The notes under the pieces were generated by a model. It ran no database searches. It was not told where the DNA came from and worked only from the letters and a program-made list of their open reading frames with translations. A stretch of DNA of 62,130 nucleotides, counting the filler, from Stramenopiles sp. TOSAG23-2 (lineage: Eukaryota): NCBI GenBank assembly GCA_900128395.1. It is 6 parts of 5 records of this genome, joined end to end, with 100 filler letters (N's around TTAATTAATTAA, not from the genome) between each part and the next. Parts side by side here need not be neighbours in the genome. Positions count along the whole stretch, not along the records: positions 41,617 to 55,375 come from LT649788.1; positions 55,476 to 57,324 come from LT649981.1; positions 57,425 to 62,130 come from LT649981.1; 3 more parts are not named here. One strand, given 5' to 3'. The number at the start of each line of letters is the position of its first letter. Within the stretch, counting starts at the first letter, position 1. Made by a program: the position numbers and the translations under genes. This document shows positions 51,862 through 62,130 of this stretch, piece by piece.

Positions 51862-54468
51862 TCAATAATATCCTTGGAAAAAATGAAATGGATAATAATA
51901 ACCATGATACATGACATTGACGCTACCATATTTAATTATTTTGCGTTTCAATGATGTTGGCTTTCGGTCCTCGGATTGCGTTGCGTAGTAAATACGTTCT
52001 GCTAAATTGACAAATGTGGCAGCATGGTTTGGGCCCGTCAAAAATGAAGTAATAAGTGCCATCCGTAAAAGTTGTACTGGGAAACAAAGCTCCATCTTCC
52101 AAAGAAACTCATCAATTTCTTTTTCAGAAATATCAGAAATGCTAGATTGAGAAGCATCTATTTTTGATAAATATCCTCTTGCATATGCTTTGCGAGCATT
52201 ATATAAAGATTTGTCATTTGGTACTATATTAAAAAAATCTAATAGAATATGTTCATAATATGTGGTGAAAGAAAAAATATAATGTTAGATTCAAATTTAG
52301 ATGGTAAACAGATCTTTTTTTAAAACCATACATATCATATATATATCATCATGTTTGTATAATATCAAATGAAAGAAATTCGTACTTACACATCATCATA
52401 AGACAATAGCTTAAATCGCCACCCCTGTGACCCAATCCCCAACTATCCCAATCTACAACTTTAAAAGATATACTTTGATCCTCGGGTTTAATAATATTTA
52501 AACCATGAAAATCCCTATGCACCAATACTGGTTTACCCCACATGCCATCCATTGGAAGTGTTTTATGCATCCTTATTGCTAATTTTATGATTTTTTTCGA
52601 AAGGTTTGCCATGACATACAAACTATGCATCCATATAAATAATATAATGATGAACCAATTTGATTTTGTAAATATATCGCCTATCGTTCCATTAATACTA
52701 TTTGTAATTATTGCAATAATAATGAATATTGTGTAAAGAAAATTTACCTGGACGATTCCTGTTACACCACCTAAATAAATAGGTAAAAAACTATTTTTGA
52801 ACATACTGTCCTTGAACAATCCTAATTTTGTAATCCAAGGGAAAAGCCTTCACAAACGTATATAATTGATACATATGGTTAGAGATTGGATTTTTATTAT
52901 ATATTGATCAATATATATATATATAATTCATTTTCAAATATAATGATATGTACTTACTCATCTATACCATTGATAATACTGAAACCATCATCAAAATAAA
53001 GTCTACCGTTTTTGCCTATTCTAGCTTGACCTGGGCGCGTCAATTTTGTATATGTTTCCTCGTCATAGAAATCTTTATACACCGTGTGAATTGGCAATGA
53101 ATGTACAAGACCAATCGTTTCCCCTAATGCTTTTAACGTTTCGGGACAAAGAACGCCATTTTCATCCTTGGTACTTAACTTACAACATGTGCTTCTAAAA
53201 AACAAATAGACATATTTTAAAAACCATATATGTACAAAGAAATATAGAAATAACGTCTTGAGAAGCCCGAGACCCTCAAGTTGAAAGGAGAAACGAAACG
53301 CCGATTTGCCTTTAATAAATTCAACAATTCGATAGTGTTTGCCATGATAATATATTTTTGGATGGATACCATGGTCTTCTATCAGTTTCAAAACATGCTG
53401 TTCTAATTCATGTTGCTTATTCGGGCCACGTTTGTGGTTACTTTCTACTACTACAGATTTGAGGATGGGTCCATTTTTTTCATCGCTGCTACTATTATTG
53501 CCTGTTACGGCGGCAATACATTCAACTCTTCGTAAATATTTACCACCGGAAGCTTGTTGCAATCCTTCTGAAAACTTATGGATTTTAAAGTCACCATTTT
53601 CCACTGAGTATTTTTCCCAACTTGGTACATTTTCTTGGCATAACTTCATTATTTCCTTATTTTGCTCGTCTTCTGATTTAAGTCCCTCTTTTATTTTATT
53701 TTCTATTACATCGAAAATTTTCTTTGAATTCCATACCAAGTTGAGTTTCTCTTCTTTTAGATTTTCATCACTATCCCAAAAATCCACATCAATCATAAAT
53801 CGCTTTACAACATGTTTCTTTTTCCAAGAATTCTTCAGCTTTTCCATATCTCGCCCATGTTTTATATATTCTTTACTTACGACTTTAGCATATCTTGGTG
53901 ATTCAAATGCTATTTGTTCGCAATATAAATCAATTAATTCATCATTTGTCATAGTTTGTCTATCGGTAAATGTTGGGGAATACATATCATCAAATATCTT
54001 ACTACTTTTATCATGGAGCTTTCTCGTCCCGTTGCCACAACTCCAGATATATTTATAATAATATCTCCATGATAAAATAAACAATACAATAATAACAATC
54101 AACAAGTAACTAAATGTTGCAATTGGTATTGGGGATGGAACGCTAATAAACGGAATACCATGAAATTCACAATCATCCTTAGGATCAATTTCTTCGTTGA
54201 AAAAATTGATAGCAATAGTACTTTTCTCACATTCCATCATTTCTTTTAAAATGCTCATACCATAATTTACTAAAAATAAAATTCCATATATAATACCAAA
54301 TGTAATACTAAACACTAGTAAAGTTTTTAATATTTTAATAGCAAAGCCGGTAGAAGATGATTTCCCCCCCCCCTCTACTACTTCTACTTGTTTCGCTTGT
54401 TCGTTATTTTTATTTTTTCCATTCATTGCTACAGCATCAGTAGTGTTATTTGAATCTTGAACTTCCAT
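51862..54468 (-). CDS. Choline/ethanolamine-kinase-like (APH/ChoK fold) protein with several TM segments; exons 54468-52958, 52847-52390 and 52238-51862
   Basis: GIHPKIY....YRIVEFIKG, G.VHSL, Brenner-like VLVHRDFHGLNII, VVDWD.WG.GHRGGDL. GT-AG introns with CTAAC branch points at 52957-52848 and 52389-52239 restore the frame. Confidence 0.8.
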
Positions 54469-55233
54469 CTTGTTTTTTTTCGTATTATAATTTCTCGTAT
54501 TATGCTTTCTTGTATTATACAATGAACGTAATTAATGTGTGTGTGTGTGTGTGTGTGTTGATGTTCCTGATACTCTTTTTTGTGATATAGATGTATCTAT
54601 TTAAAATGTATTTTCATTGTCCAACCTATAAACCGTCTGTATAGGCTAACATGATGTGTATATATGCACTGCGTGCAACTATATACCTGGTATAATAAAA
54701 TTAAAATAATATAAGAACGACAAGAAGAAATTATGCATACAATAATATCAAATATCCGATTTTATTTTTCATAATAACCAACTTACCTACAACATTCATT
54801 ATATCATACATTGTATACATATTTTTTTATCCTTATTTATCCATTATTTTTCGTTTCTCACAAAACCCACACTAGAGCAGGATTTTATAAATTTCAAAAA
54901 AGTTCTTCCGATGCTTAGACTACAAAAGAGATAGGATTTGCAGCAATAAGGGTATTATAGGCATAGCACTATAATTGAAATAATATCTCACACCTTTACC
55001 TTTTTTTTTTTTATATTTTTTATTACGTAGTTAGTTTGGCACTTTGATTGAAAATTATTTATTTAGCAATCTAAACAACATGCATATGTCTTAACAATGG
55101 CATCTTTCAAATATCTACATTTAAATCCATATCTTCCATCTTCCATTGGTGATGGTTTCCACAGATATTTCAAGATATGTTTCCGTATATTTCTCTTTAC
55201 GTTAGACTTTATTTGCTTCCACCAATTTAGCAT

Positions 55234-55256
55234 GAAAAGTCTAGGACCTAGATTAG
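55234..55256. promoter_or_regulatory. Dispersed 23-mer GAAAAGTCTAGGACCTAGATTAG, copy 2
   Basis: Exact match to 9510-9532. Confidence 0.45.
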
Positions 55257-55375
55257 TATGTACCCAAACGTATTAAAAAAAATTTGTTTAAATATAAATT
55301 CGATATTTTCAAAATTAAATAATATATCTCAAATTATAAATCATTTCTCAGATGACAAATAATACAAATATATCA

Positions 55376-55475
55376 NNNNNNNNNNNNNNNNNNNNNNNNN
55401 NNNNNNNNNNNNNNNNNNNTTAATTAATTAANNNNNNNNNNNNNNNNNNNNNNNNNNNNNNNNNNNNNNNNNNNN
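55376..55475. other. Artificial scaffold spacer
   Basis: N run containing TTAATTAATTAA. Confidence 0.95.
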
Positions 55476-55670
55476 TCTAGAAGTGCACGGTTGTGGCAAA
55501 AAGCCGCGGTTTTGATCACTTTAGCTTGTACTCGTAGATTTCTACAAGTTTCATTGACCCATTGTTATAATATATAAAAAATTCTCTTATATATATACGA
55601 ATCGTATAATAATATGGTTATATGTAATTTAATAAATATAATGGTTAATATATATATTTATAAATATATT

Positions 55671-57324
55671 TTATTTTATAAATTTTTCAATATATTGTCT
55701 TGCACATTGTATCACATGCCTTTCCCTGATTTTATAGTGCAAAATAGAAAATATTTGTAAATATTGTGGATCTTTCTGGTAATCATAATCTGTAGTAATC
55801 TTTGATAGTAACTGCTTCCGAGTCATGACATCCTCCATTTCTGAACTGGAAAATGAGGTTGTTTCAATGTGATTTAAATTGTTTATTAAAGTTTCATAGG
55901 CCCTTGTAACAATATTTGTAGCAAATATTAATTGGAGATTTTCTAGACTTGCTGGCATTTTAACTACTGACTTCTCTGGTGTATTAATACTTGAACGGGT
56001 TTTTGCACTTATCGCGTGTAAAATATTGTCTTGCTCTTGTATTCTAGATTGTATGGCAAAAACCTCAGACATAGTTTCGATAGATAAAATGTATGATAGT
56101 AATATCACTATTAAGTAAATATTTGAAAAAAGTATTTTTTAAAATGTTAGTACTTTGAATCAAAGGAAAATAAAGATAAATCATGGAACATACTTCGTAT
56201 TGGTTCTTCAAAGGTATCAATTGTACTTCCATGTAGTTCAATATCGATAAAATTATTGCTATCCACTTCAAAATTGTAGTGTTTCAATAATTTCAATCGC
56301 TCTGAATTTAATTTTAACTTTCCATCAATAAATGAAGTGACATTTGTAGACAAAATAAAGCAGTCGTGTTTTGGATCTAAATCTTTTTCAGGAATTATTC
56401 CAAAGGCTAAAAATGCTTTGAAGGAGCAAGTAAATGCTTTTGAAGTGGAATAGCTAATGAAAATTTCCTCACCTGGTTTATAATCTATAGTTGCTGTTGT
56501 TCCCCATCCTACAGTAACACCACTAGATCTTAAAGCATTTGACAGCATTATCGAAGATAGTGGACTTTGATTAAAATTGTGATTGTATAGATCGGCATAG
56601 GGAACCAACGTGCAAGTACCAACATTAGTTGGATCATCATCTTCGTTAAGTTTCAAGGTACCCCATGTCCTAGATTTTGCTATTCGCCTTGCCCATAAGT
56701 AAGATTTAAGTAACTTTTCGCCAGATAAATGATTATAATCGTTAAGTAAGGGTGGGAAAATATTTGTTTTTAAATGATCTAGTAACTGGCGTCTTTCTTC
56801 AACTTCTTCGTCATAACTAAGCTTCCCAGAGGGTAGTTCTGAAAATGCTTTCACGACTGTTGGATGTGTCCAATCCCCGGGTAAATCCATTTCCTTTGGA
56901 AGCACGTCTATATAAGGTTGGATTGTAGAATAATTGTTCACAACAGACTCAAACATGAGGAAAAATGCAAGCTGACCACATCCACCCAACGTATTTTCAG
57001 CTAAATGAAGATATTTATTGTAAGGCACAAAATCTCGTATATACACATTGTTCAAAATTAAATTAGTTGGTGTTATTGACAATAAATCACCTTTCTTATG
57101 GCCAATTTTAGAATACAACCCTCGCTGGCCATACGAGTTTCTTCTAATTTCTACATTGTTGATTATTGCGCCGTTTTTTAATAGCCATGAAGCAAATTTT
57201 CTTTCTTTCATTTCCTCTTCTGGGGTACCTGGGAAAATTGCTGGGGGTTCATAATTGTTTGAATTAAGACCACTAGTACTACCGTCACTGCACCTCAACT
57301 TCGAAAAGCATGTTATTATAGATA
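55671..57324 (-). CDS. SET-domain protein, Rubisco-LSMT/SETD3-like; copy 1, 5'-truncated at the gap; intron 56193-56108
   Basis: FASWLLKNGA, GQRGLY, PYIDVLP, YLWARRIAKSRTW, LVPYADLYNH, GEEIFISY. Intron GTATGT...TACTAAC...TAG. Confidence 0.8.
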
Positions 57325-57424
57325 NNNNNNNNNNNNNNNNNNNNNNNNNNNNNNNNNNNNNNNNNNNNTTAATTAATTAANNNNNNNNNNNNNNNNNNNN
57401 NNNNNNNNNNNNNNNNNNNNNNNN
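57325..57424. other. Artificial scaffold spacer (probably a gap inside one scaffold)
   Basis: N run with linker; the two flanks overlap by 1.85 kb. Confidence 0.9.
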
Positions 57425-57624
57425 AAAGATCTTGAAGTGCACGGTTGTGGCAAAAAGCCGCGGTTTTGATCACTTTAGCTTGTACTCGTAGATTTCTACA
57501 AGTTTCATTGACCCATTGTTATAATATATAAAAAATTCTCTTATATATATACGAATCGTATAATAATATGGTTATATGTAATTTAATAAATATAATGGTT
57601 AATATATATATTTATAAATATATT

Positions 57625-59303
57625 TTATTTTATAAATTTTTCAATATATTGTCTTGCACATTGTATCACATGCCTTTCCCTGATTTTATAGTGCAAAATA
57701 GAAAATATTTGTAAATATTGTGGATCTTTCTGGTAATCATAATCTGTAGTAATCTTTGATAGTAACTGCTTCCGAGTCATGACATCCTCCATTTCTGAAC
57801 TGGAAAATGAGGTTGTTTCAATGTGATTTAAATTGTTTATTAAAGTTTCATAGGCCCTTGTAACAATATTTGTAGCAAATATTAATTGGAGATTTTCTAG
57901 ACTTGCTGGCATTTTAACTACTGACTTCTCTGGTGTATTAATACTTGAACGGGTTTTTGCACTTATCGCGTGTAAAATATTGTCTTGCTCTTGTATTCTA
58001 GATTGTATGGCAAAAACCTCAGACATAGTTTCGATAGATAAAATGTATGATAGTAATATCACTATTAAGTAAATATTTGAAAAAAGTATTTTTTAAAATG
58101 TTAGTACTTTGAATCAAAGGAAAATAAAGATAAATCATGGAACATACTTCGTATTGGTTCTTCAAAGGTATCAATTGTACTTCCATGTAGTTCAATATCG
58201 ATAAAATTATTGCTATCCACTTCAAAATTGTAGTGTTTCAATAATTTCAATCGCTCTGAATTTAATTTTAACTTTCCATCAATAAATGAAGTGACATTTG
58301 TAGACAAAATAAAGCAGTCGTGTTTTGGATCTAAATCTTTTTCAGGAATTATTCCAAAGGCTAAAAATGCTTTGAAGGAGCAAGTAAATGCTTTTGAAGT
58401 GGAATAGCTAATGAAAATTTCCTCACCTGGTTTATAATCTATAGTTGCTGTTGTTCCCCATCCTACAGTAACACCACTAGATCTTAAAGCATTTGACAGC
58501 ATTATCGAAGATAGTGGACTTTGATTAAAATTGTGATTGTATAGATCGGCATAGGGAACCAACGTGCAAGTACCAACATTAGTTGGATCATCATCTTCGT
58601 TAAGTTTCAAGGTACCCCATGTCCTAGATTTTGCTATTCGCCTTGCCCATAAGTAAGATTTAAGTAACTTTTCGCCAGATAAATGATTATAATCGTTAAG
58701 TAAGGGTGGGAAAATATTTGTTTTTAAATGATCTAGTAACTGGCGTCTTTCTTCAACTTCTTCGTCATAACTAAGCTTCCCAGAGGGTAGTTCTGAAAAT
58801 GCTTTCACGACTGTTGGATGTGTCCAATCCCCGGGTAAATCCATTTCCTTTGGAAGCACGTCTATATAAGGTTGGATTGTAGAATAATTGTTCACAACAG
58901 ACTCAAACATGAGGAAAAATGCAAGCTGACCACATCCACCCAACGTATTTTCAGCTAAATGAAGATATTTATTGTAAGGCACAAAATCTCGTATATACAC
59001 ATTGTTCAAAATTAAATTAGTTGGTGTTATTGACAATAAATCACCTTTCTTATGGCCAATTTTAGAATACAACCCTCGCTGGCCATACGAGTTTCTTCTA
59101 ATTTCTACATTGTTGATTATTGCGCCGTTTTTTAATAGCCATGAAGCAAATTTTCTTTCTTGCATTTCCTCTTCTGGGGTACCTGGGAAACTTGCTGGGG
59201 GTTCATAATTGTTTGAATTAAGACCACTAGTACCACCGTCACTGCACCTCAACTTCGAAAAGCATGTTATTATAGATAAAAAGATCACACTCAAAATGCT
59301 CAT
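57625..59303 (-). CDS. SET-domain protein, Rubisco-LSMT/SETD3-like, with putative signal peptide; intron 58147-58062
   Basis: Same motifs as copy 1. The ATG at 59303 gives MSILSVIFLSIITCFSKLRCS. Spliced junction EPIR-M-ILLSY. Confidence 0.85.
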
Positions 59304-59764
59304 ACTGATATGAAATGTTTTGAGTGCATCGTAAAGATGAACTATGTCGTGTAGAATGCTGTATAAGTTTAAATTACAAGACAAGTAATACTAATAATTG
59401 CACACTAAATAAATCTAAAAAATAATTGTATAATTATTATTATTATTCCGAGGTGCCCAGATTGCACTTGTTATTATTATTATTATTATAAAAAACAACA
59501 ACAATAATATAATTAATAATAAATAACCTAAACCACCAGGAATAATTACTTCTTCAATTTAAAAAACATTCTTCTAATGGGGATATTATATATTAATTTT
59601 ATTAATACTCGTATTAGTGTCACAGGTAGTAGTATAGTGGTATATAATAATATTACTATTATTATTGGACTAGAGCCAGGCGCTGTAATAGTATTAATAT
59701 TTACTATTTTATTATTTATACCTGCCCCCTGCCCGCCTCTGTGGTAGACTGGTAGAGCTAGAAT

Positions 59765-59781
59765 GAAAAGTCTAGGACCTA
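59765..59781. promoter_or_regulatory. Partial copy (17 nt) of the dispersed GAAAAGTCTAGGACCTA motif in a divergent intergenic region
   Basis: ATGAAAAGTCTAGGACCTA is shared with 55232-55250. Confidence 0.4.
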
Positions 59782-60132
59782 CCGTATTGCACTATTGGTC
59801 TAAGATACTATTTTGATGAATAAACTAAGAAAATCCGATTTTTTGTAAATATCCAATATCTTCCTATCAAATATACATATATTAGTATACTAAAATAGTA
59901 CTTAAATTAAACTTCGTTTTGAAATGCACTAATGCACTAATAATCATCCTTCTCATTATTTACAAGGAATAAACTTAATAAATAATTTTTTTTTAGAATA
60001 AGAATGGTTGCAAAATGTACTATACATATGCATATGTGGATAAATAATAATTGTAAAACGCAAAAATAAAAGGGAAACAGAAATAATCACATCAACCTTA
60101 ATACATAAAATTTACAAGCAAGCAACTTTAAA

Positions 60133-62016
60133 ATGAAGAAACGAGCGCTTAATAGTATCAGTAGCACGTCGCAGAAGAGATCGAAATCATCAATTATTGA
60201 CACTTTGCTACTTGTTGAAAGTATACTAACAGAGGAAGAGAATGGATTACAAAAAGCCTTTGAAATTTTATACAATTTGGTTAACAATTCTCCGCAACCT
60301 ATTTTAGAAATAACATTAGAACGTTTTAAAGATACTATGGTAGCACGTTATACATTGGCGATCGTATATCTACAACACGGTAGAACTGATGAGGCAGATA
60401 AAATTCTTCTCAGCTTACGTTTTAAATATAGATTGAGTAAAGAATGCTTTCAAAATACAAAACATCAGTCAAGGAAAAATAATGATAAAAATAAAAATGA
60501 TGATAATAACTTTATGCACGTGGTTGATAATGCTATCCCTTTAGAATATCTAGCAGCTCTGGAAAATTTCTTTCAGCCTCAATCGTCATTTTGGTCTCAC
60601 CATAATTATCCAAATTGTGATTATTTCTCGTATTCATATCAGAACTTTGAACAACCATCAAATTTGATTGAAAATATTATTTTCAATTATATATATCCAA
60701 CTGTCAAAGCATTCTATCCTCAAACTGAAGCAATACACTGCGAGTGGTGGGCACATAGCCGATATGTGAATGGTGGATCTCATCAATTGCATTACGATAC
60801 AGATGAACGAGGTTTAAAGCAATTAGGTAAAGTGCAATTTCCATATGTATCTACTGTATTGTATTTTGAAAATTTTGGTAGTCCAACGCTAATTACCGCA
60901 AAAAAAATTGGGGTAGATCCAATGTTAAACTCTGCATCTGGATATTTAGCATTTCCTTCGCGAAATCGATTGCTAATGTTTGAAGGAGACCGTTTGCATG
61001 GCGTAGTTCCAAAATGTATTAAAGGGTTTGAAAGCAAAAGACGCTTGACATTGATGGTGGGATTTTGGGGGGGGGATGTATGCACAACAGATTTTAACAG
61101 TAAGATGCCAAGTGCAAATATGAAGTTACCGAAAAACATTGGACAGACAAACTGGTTGTTGCAACTTTGTAAGTTACAAGATGTTATCAAGAAAAAAGGT
61201 ACTACTGATAAACATCATATCGTCGCATGCAAGGACGGCTTGACAAAAATCGAAAAAGTTTGGATAGACATAAAGGAATCCGTGCCATATGCGATTTTCA
61301 ACAATTTAAATGAAGAAGCAATTGTGAAAAATCGTTTCATCGGGAAATATTTTATTAATAATTTAAATGATTTAGATTCGGATATAGCAATTGTGTCATT
61401 TGACAGCACGTGGACTGAACAGCAACTGTTGACAAAAAACACAGCTTTTTTCCCTCTATACTTGTCTAGTTTAGAATTTATCCTACGAGTAGTGAAAGAT
61501 AATGAAGAATTAATAGAAACCGCACAGGATGCAATTTTAATGCTGACAAAAAAATCTGTTGTAGTAATAGAGATCGTATCTAAAAGTAAAATGTGGCATG
61601 ATTTTTTACTCTTATCCTTACTAAATAAGGAAACAACTGACAACAAAATTATTGCAGCTGCCATTATATGGAATATTTTTGAATACAATGCGGTAAAATT
61701 ACAGACTGACAAGACAAATGTAAAATTTTATAAATGTTTTCGATTAAAATTTTTAAACGCGTTAGTGCATAATTTTAAAAAAGAAGATGCTAATGTACAA
61801 CATTATAAAGATGTAAAGGAGATGTGTGCGGGTGCCTTGGCTTACACAAAAGATCTAATAGAACATGATGAGCTGTTACAACGTGAAATTTTGAACACAT
61901 TAAAGTCCAGCTTGAGACACTACCTATATTTAACCTCAGAAGAACAATCAGCAATGAATGATGATACCAGTATTATAGATTTAGAAAATGCTATCAAAGT
62001 ATTTGAAAAGATATAA
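60133..62016 (+). CDS. Uncharacterised 2OG-Fe(II) oxygenase-like protein with a helical (ARM-like) C-terminus
   Basis: EWWAH, HQLHYDTDE (HxD), STVLYF, PSRNRLLMFEGDRLHGV, RLTLMVGFW. Confidence 0.75.
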   Translation: MKKRALNSISSTSQKRSKSSIIDTLLLVESILTEEENGLQKAFEILYNLVNNSPQPILEITLERFKDTMVARYTLAIVYLQHGRTDEADKILLSLRFKYRLSKECFQNTKHQSRKNNDKNKNDDNNFMHVVDNAIPLEYLAALENFFQPQSSFWSHHNYPNCDYFSYSYQNFEQPSNLIENIIFNYIYPTVKAFYPQTEAIHCEWWAHSRYVNGGSHQLHYDTDERGLKQLGKVQFPYVSTVLYFENFGSPTLITAKKIGVDPMLNSASGYLAFPSRNRLLMFEGDRLHGVVPKCIKGFESKRRLTLMVGFWGGDVCTTDFNSKMPSANMKLPKNIGQTNWLLQLCKLQDVIKKKGTTDKHHIVACKDGLTKIEKVWIDIKESVPYAIFNNLNEEAIVKNRFIGKYFINNLNDLDSDIAIVSFDSTWTEQQLLTKNTAFFPLYLSSLEFILRVVKDNEELIETAQDAILMLTKKSVVVIEIVSKSKMWHDFLLLSLLNKETTDNKIIAAAIIWNIFEYNAVKLQTDKTNVKFYKCFRLKFLNALVHNFKKEDANVQHYKDVKEMCAGALAYTKDLIEHDELLQREILNTLKSSLRHYLYLTSEEQSAMNDDTSIIDLENAIKVFEKI

Positions 62017-62130
62017 AAAAGAAATGTGTACGAATCATATATGATGGGTGTAAAAATGAAATATATATATATATAAGACCTACTTGTGCTTATAGAGTAT
62101 TAGCTTGCGGCGGCGCATGAGAGCTTTCCA

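Larger units (their letters stand above)
55480..59278. repeat. 1.85-kb near-identical duplication across a gap (55480-57324 vs 57434-59278)
   Basis: Constant offset of 1954 nt; three substitutions seen (57208/59162, 57237/59191, 57280/59234). Confidence 0.92.

Noticed and set aside
52239-58147. Choline-kinase and SET-gene introns as Introner members
   Set aside because: They share only splice sites and the CTAAC branch point, without the internal family blocks.
55480-59278. True tandem duplication of the SET gene
   Set aside because: Copy 1 ends exactly at the gap and differs at only three sites seen, so an unmerged allelic overlap is more likely.
293-61712. Numerous short antisense or overlapping ORFs in the track (e.g. 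293-847, 1217-1828, 43236-43526, 53432-54058)
   Set aside because: They are shadows of real genes or of low-complexity codon runs and show no recognisable motifs.
1-62130. Gene cluster of chromatin and 2OG-Fe(II) genes across the window
   Set aside because: The pieces are length-sorted, unlinked scaffolds, so adjacency across the spacers carries no meaning.

Overview
AT-rich eukaryotic DNA with sparse introns and Asn/Thr-rich low-complexity coding tracts. It is probably from a flagellated protist; a stramenopile is an inference from gene style. The window is not one locus. Five 100-nt N spacers containing TTAATTAATTAA split it, and the first four pieces have descending lengths (13778, 13771, 13767, 13759 nt), as expected for unlinked scaffolds sorted by length. 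It holds about 21 protein genes: an AGC kinase, a calmodulin-like protein, a UDP-glycosyltransferase, a Kelch-TM-RING ligase, a quinone oxidoreductase, an ASH-domain fragment, EML6-like, AlkB-like, SF3B4, a disrupted EPC/Epl1, an R2R3-MYB, a HAD hydrolase, an ATXR3-like SET-PHD protein, a giant PDZ/DEK-C/repeat protein, an F-box-RCC1-2OG-Fe(II) fusion, a membrane choline-kinase-like protein, an LSMT-type SET protein, another 2OG-Fe(II) oxygenase and three unassigned ORFs. The main finding is a family of highly similar 82-85 nt spliceosomal introns at non-homologous sites in unrelated genes (15400, 49667, 50539, plus a decayed copy at 7179), i.e. a candidate Introner (intron-generating mobile element) family. 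Other findings are a dispersed palindromic 23-mer, a recurrent 3'-flank mini-hairpin motif, a four-copy RAMA-like protein repeat and several unusual domain architectures. Many 70-150 nt tandem duplications look like assembly artefacts.
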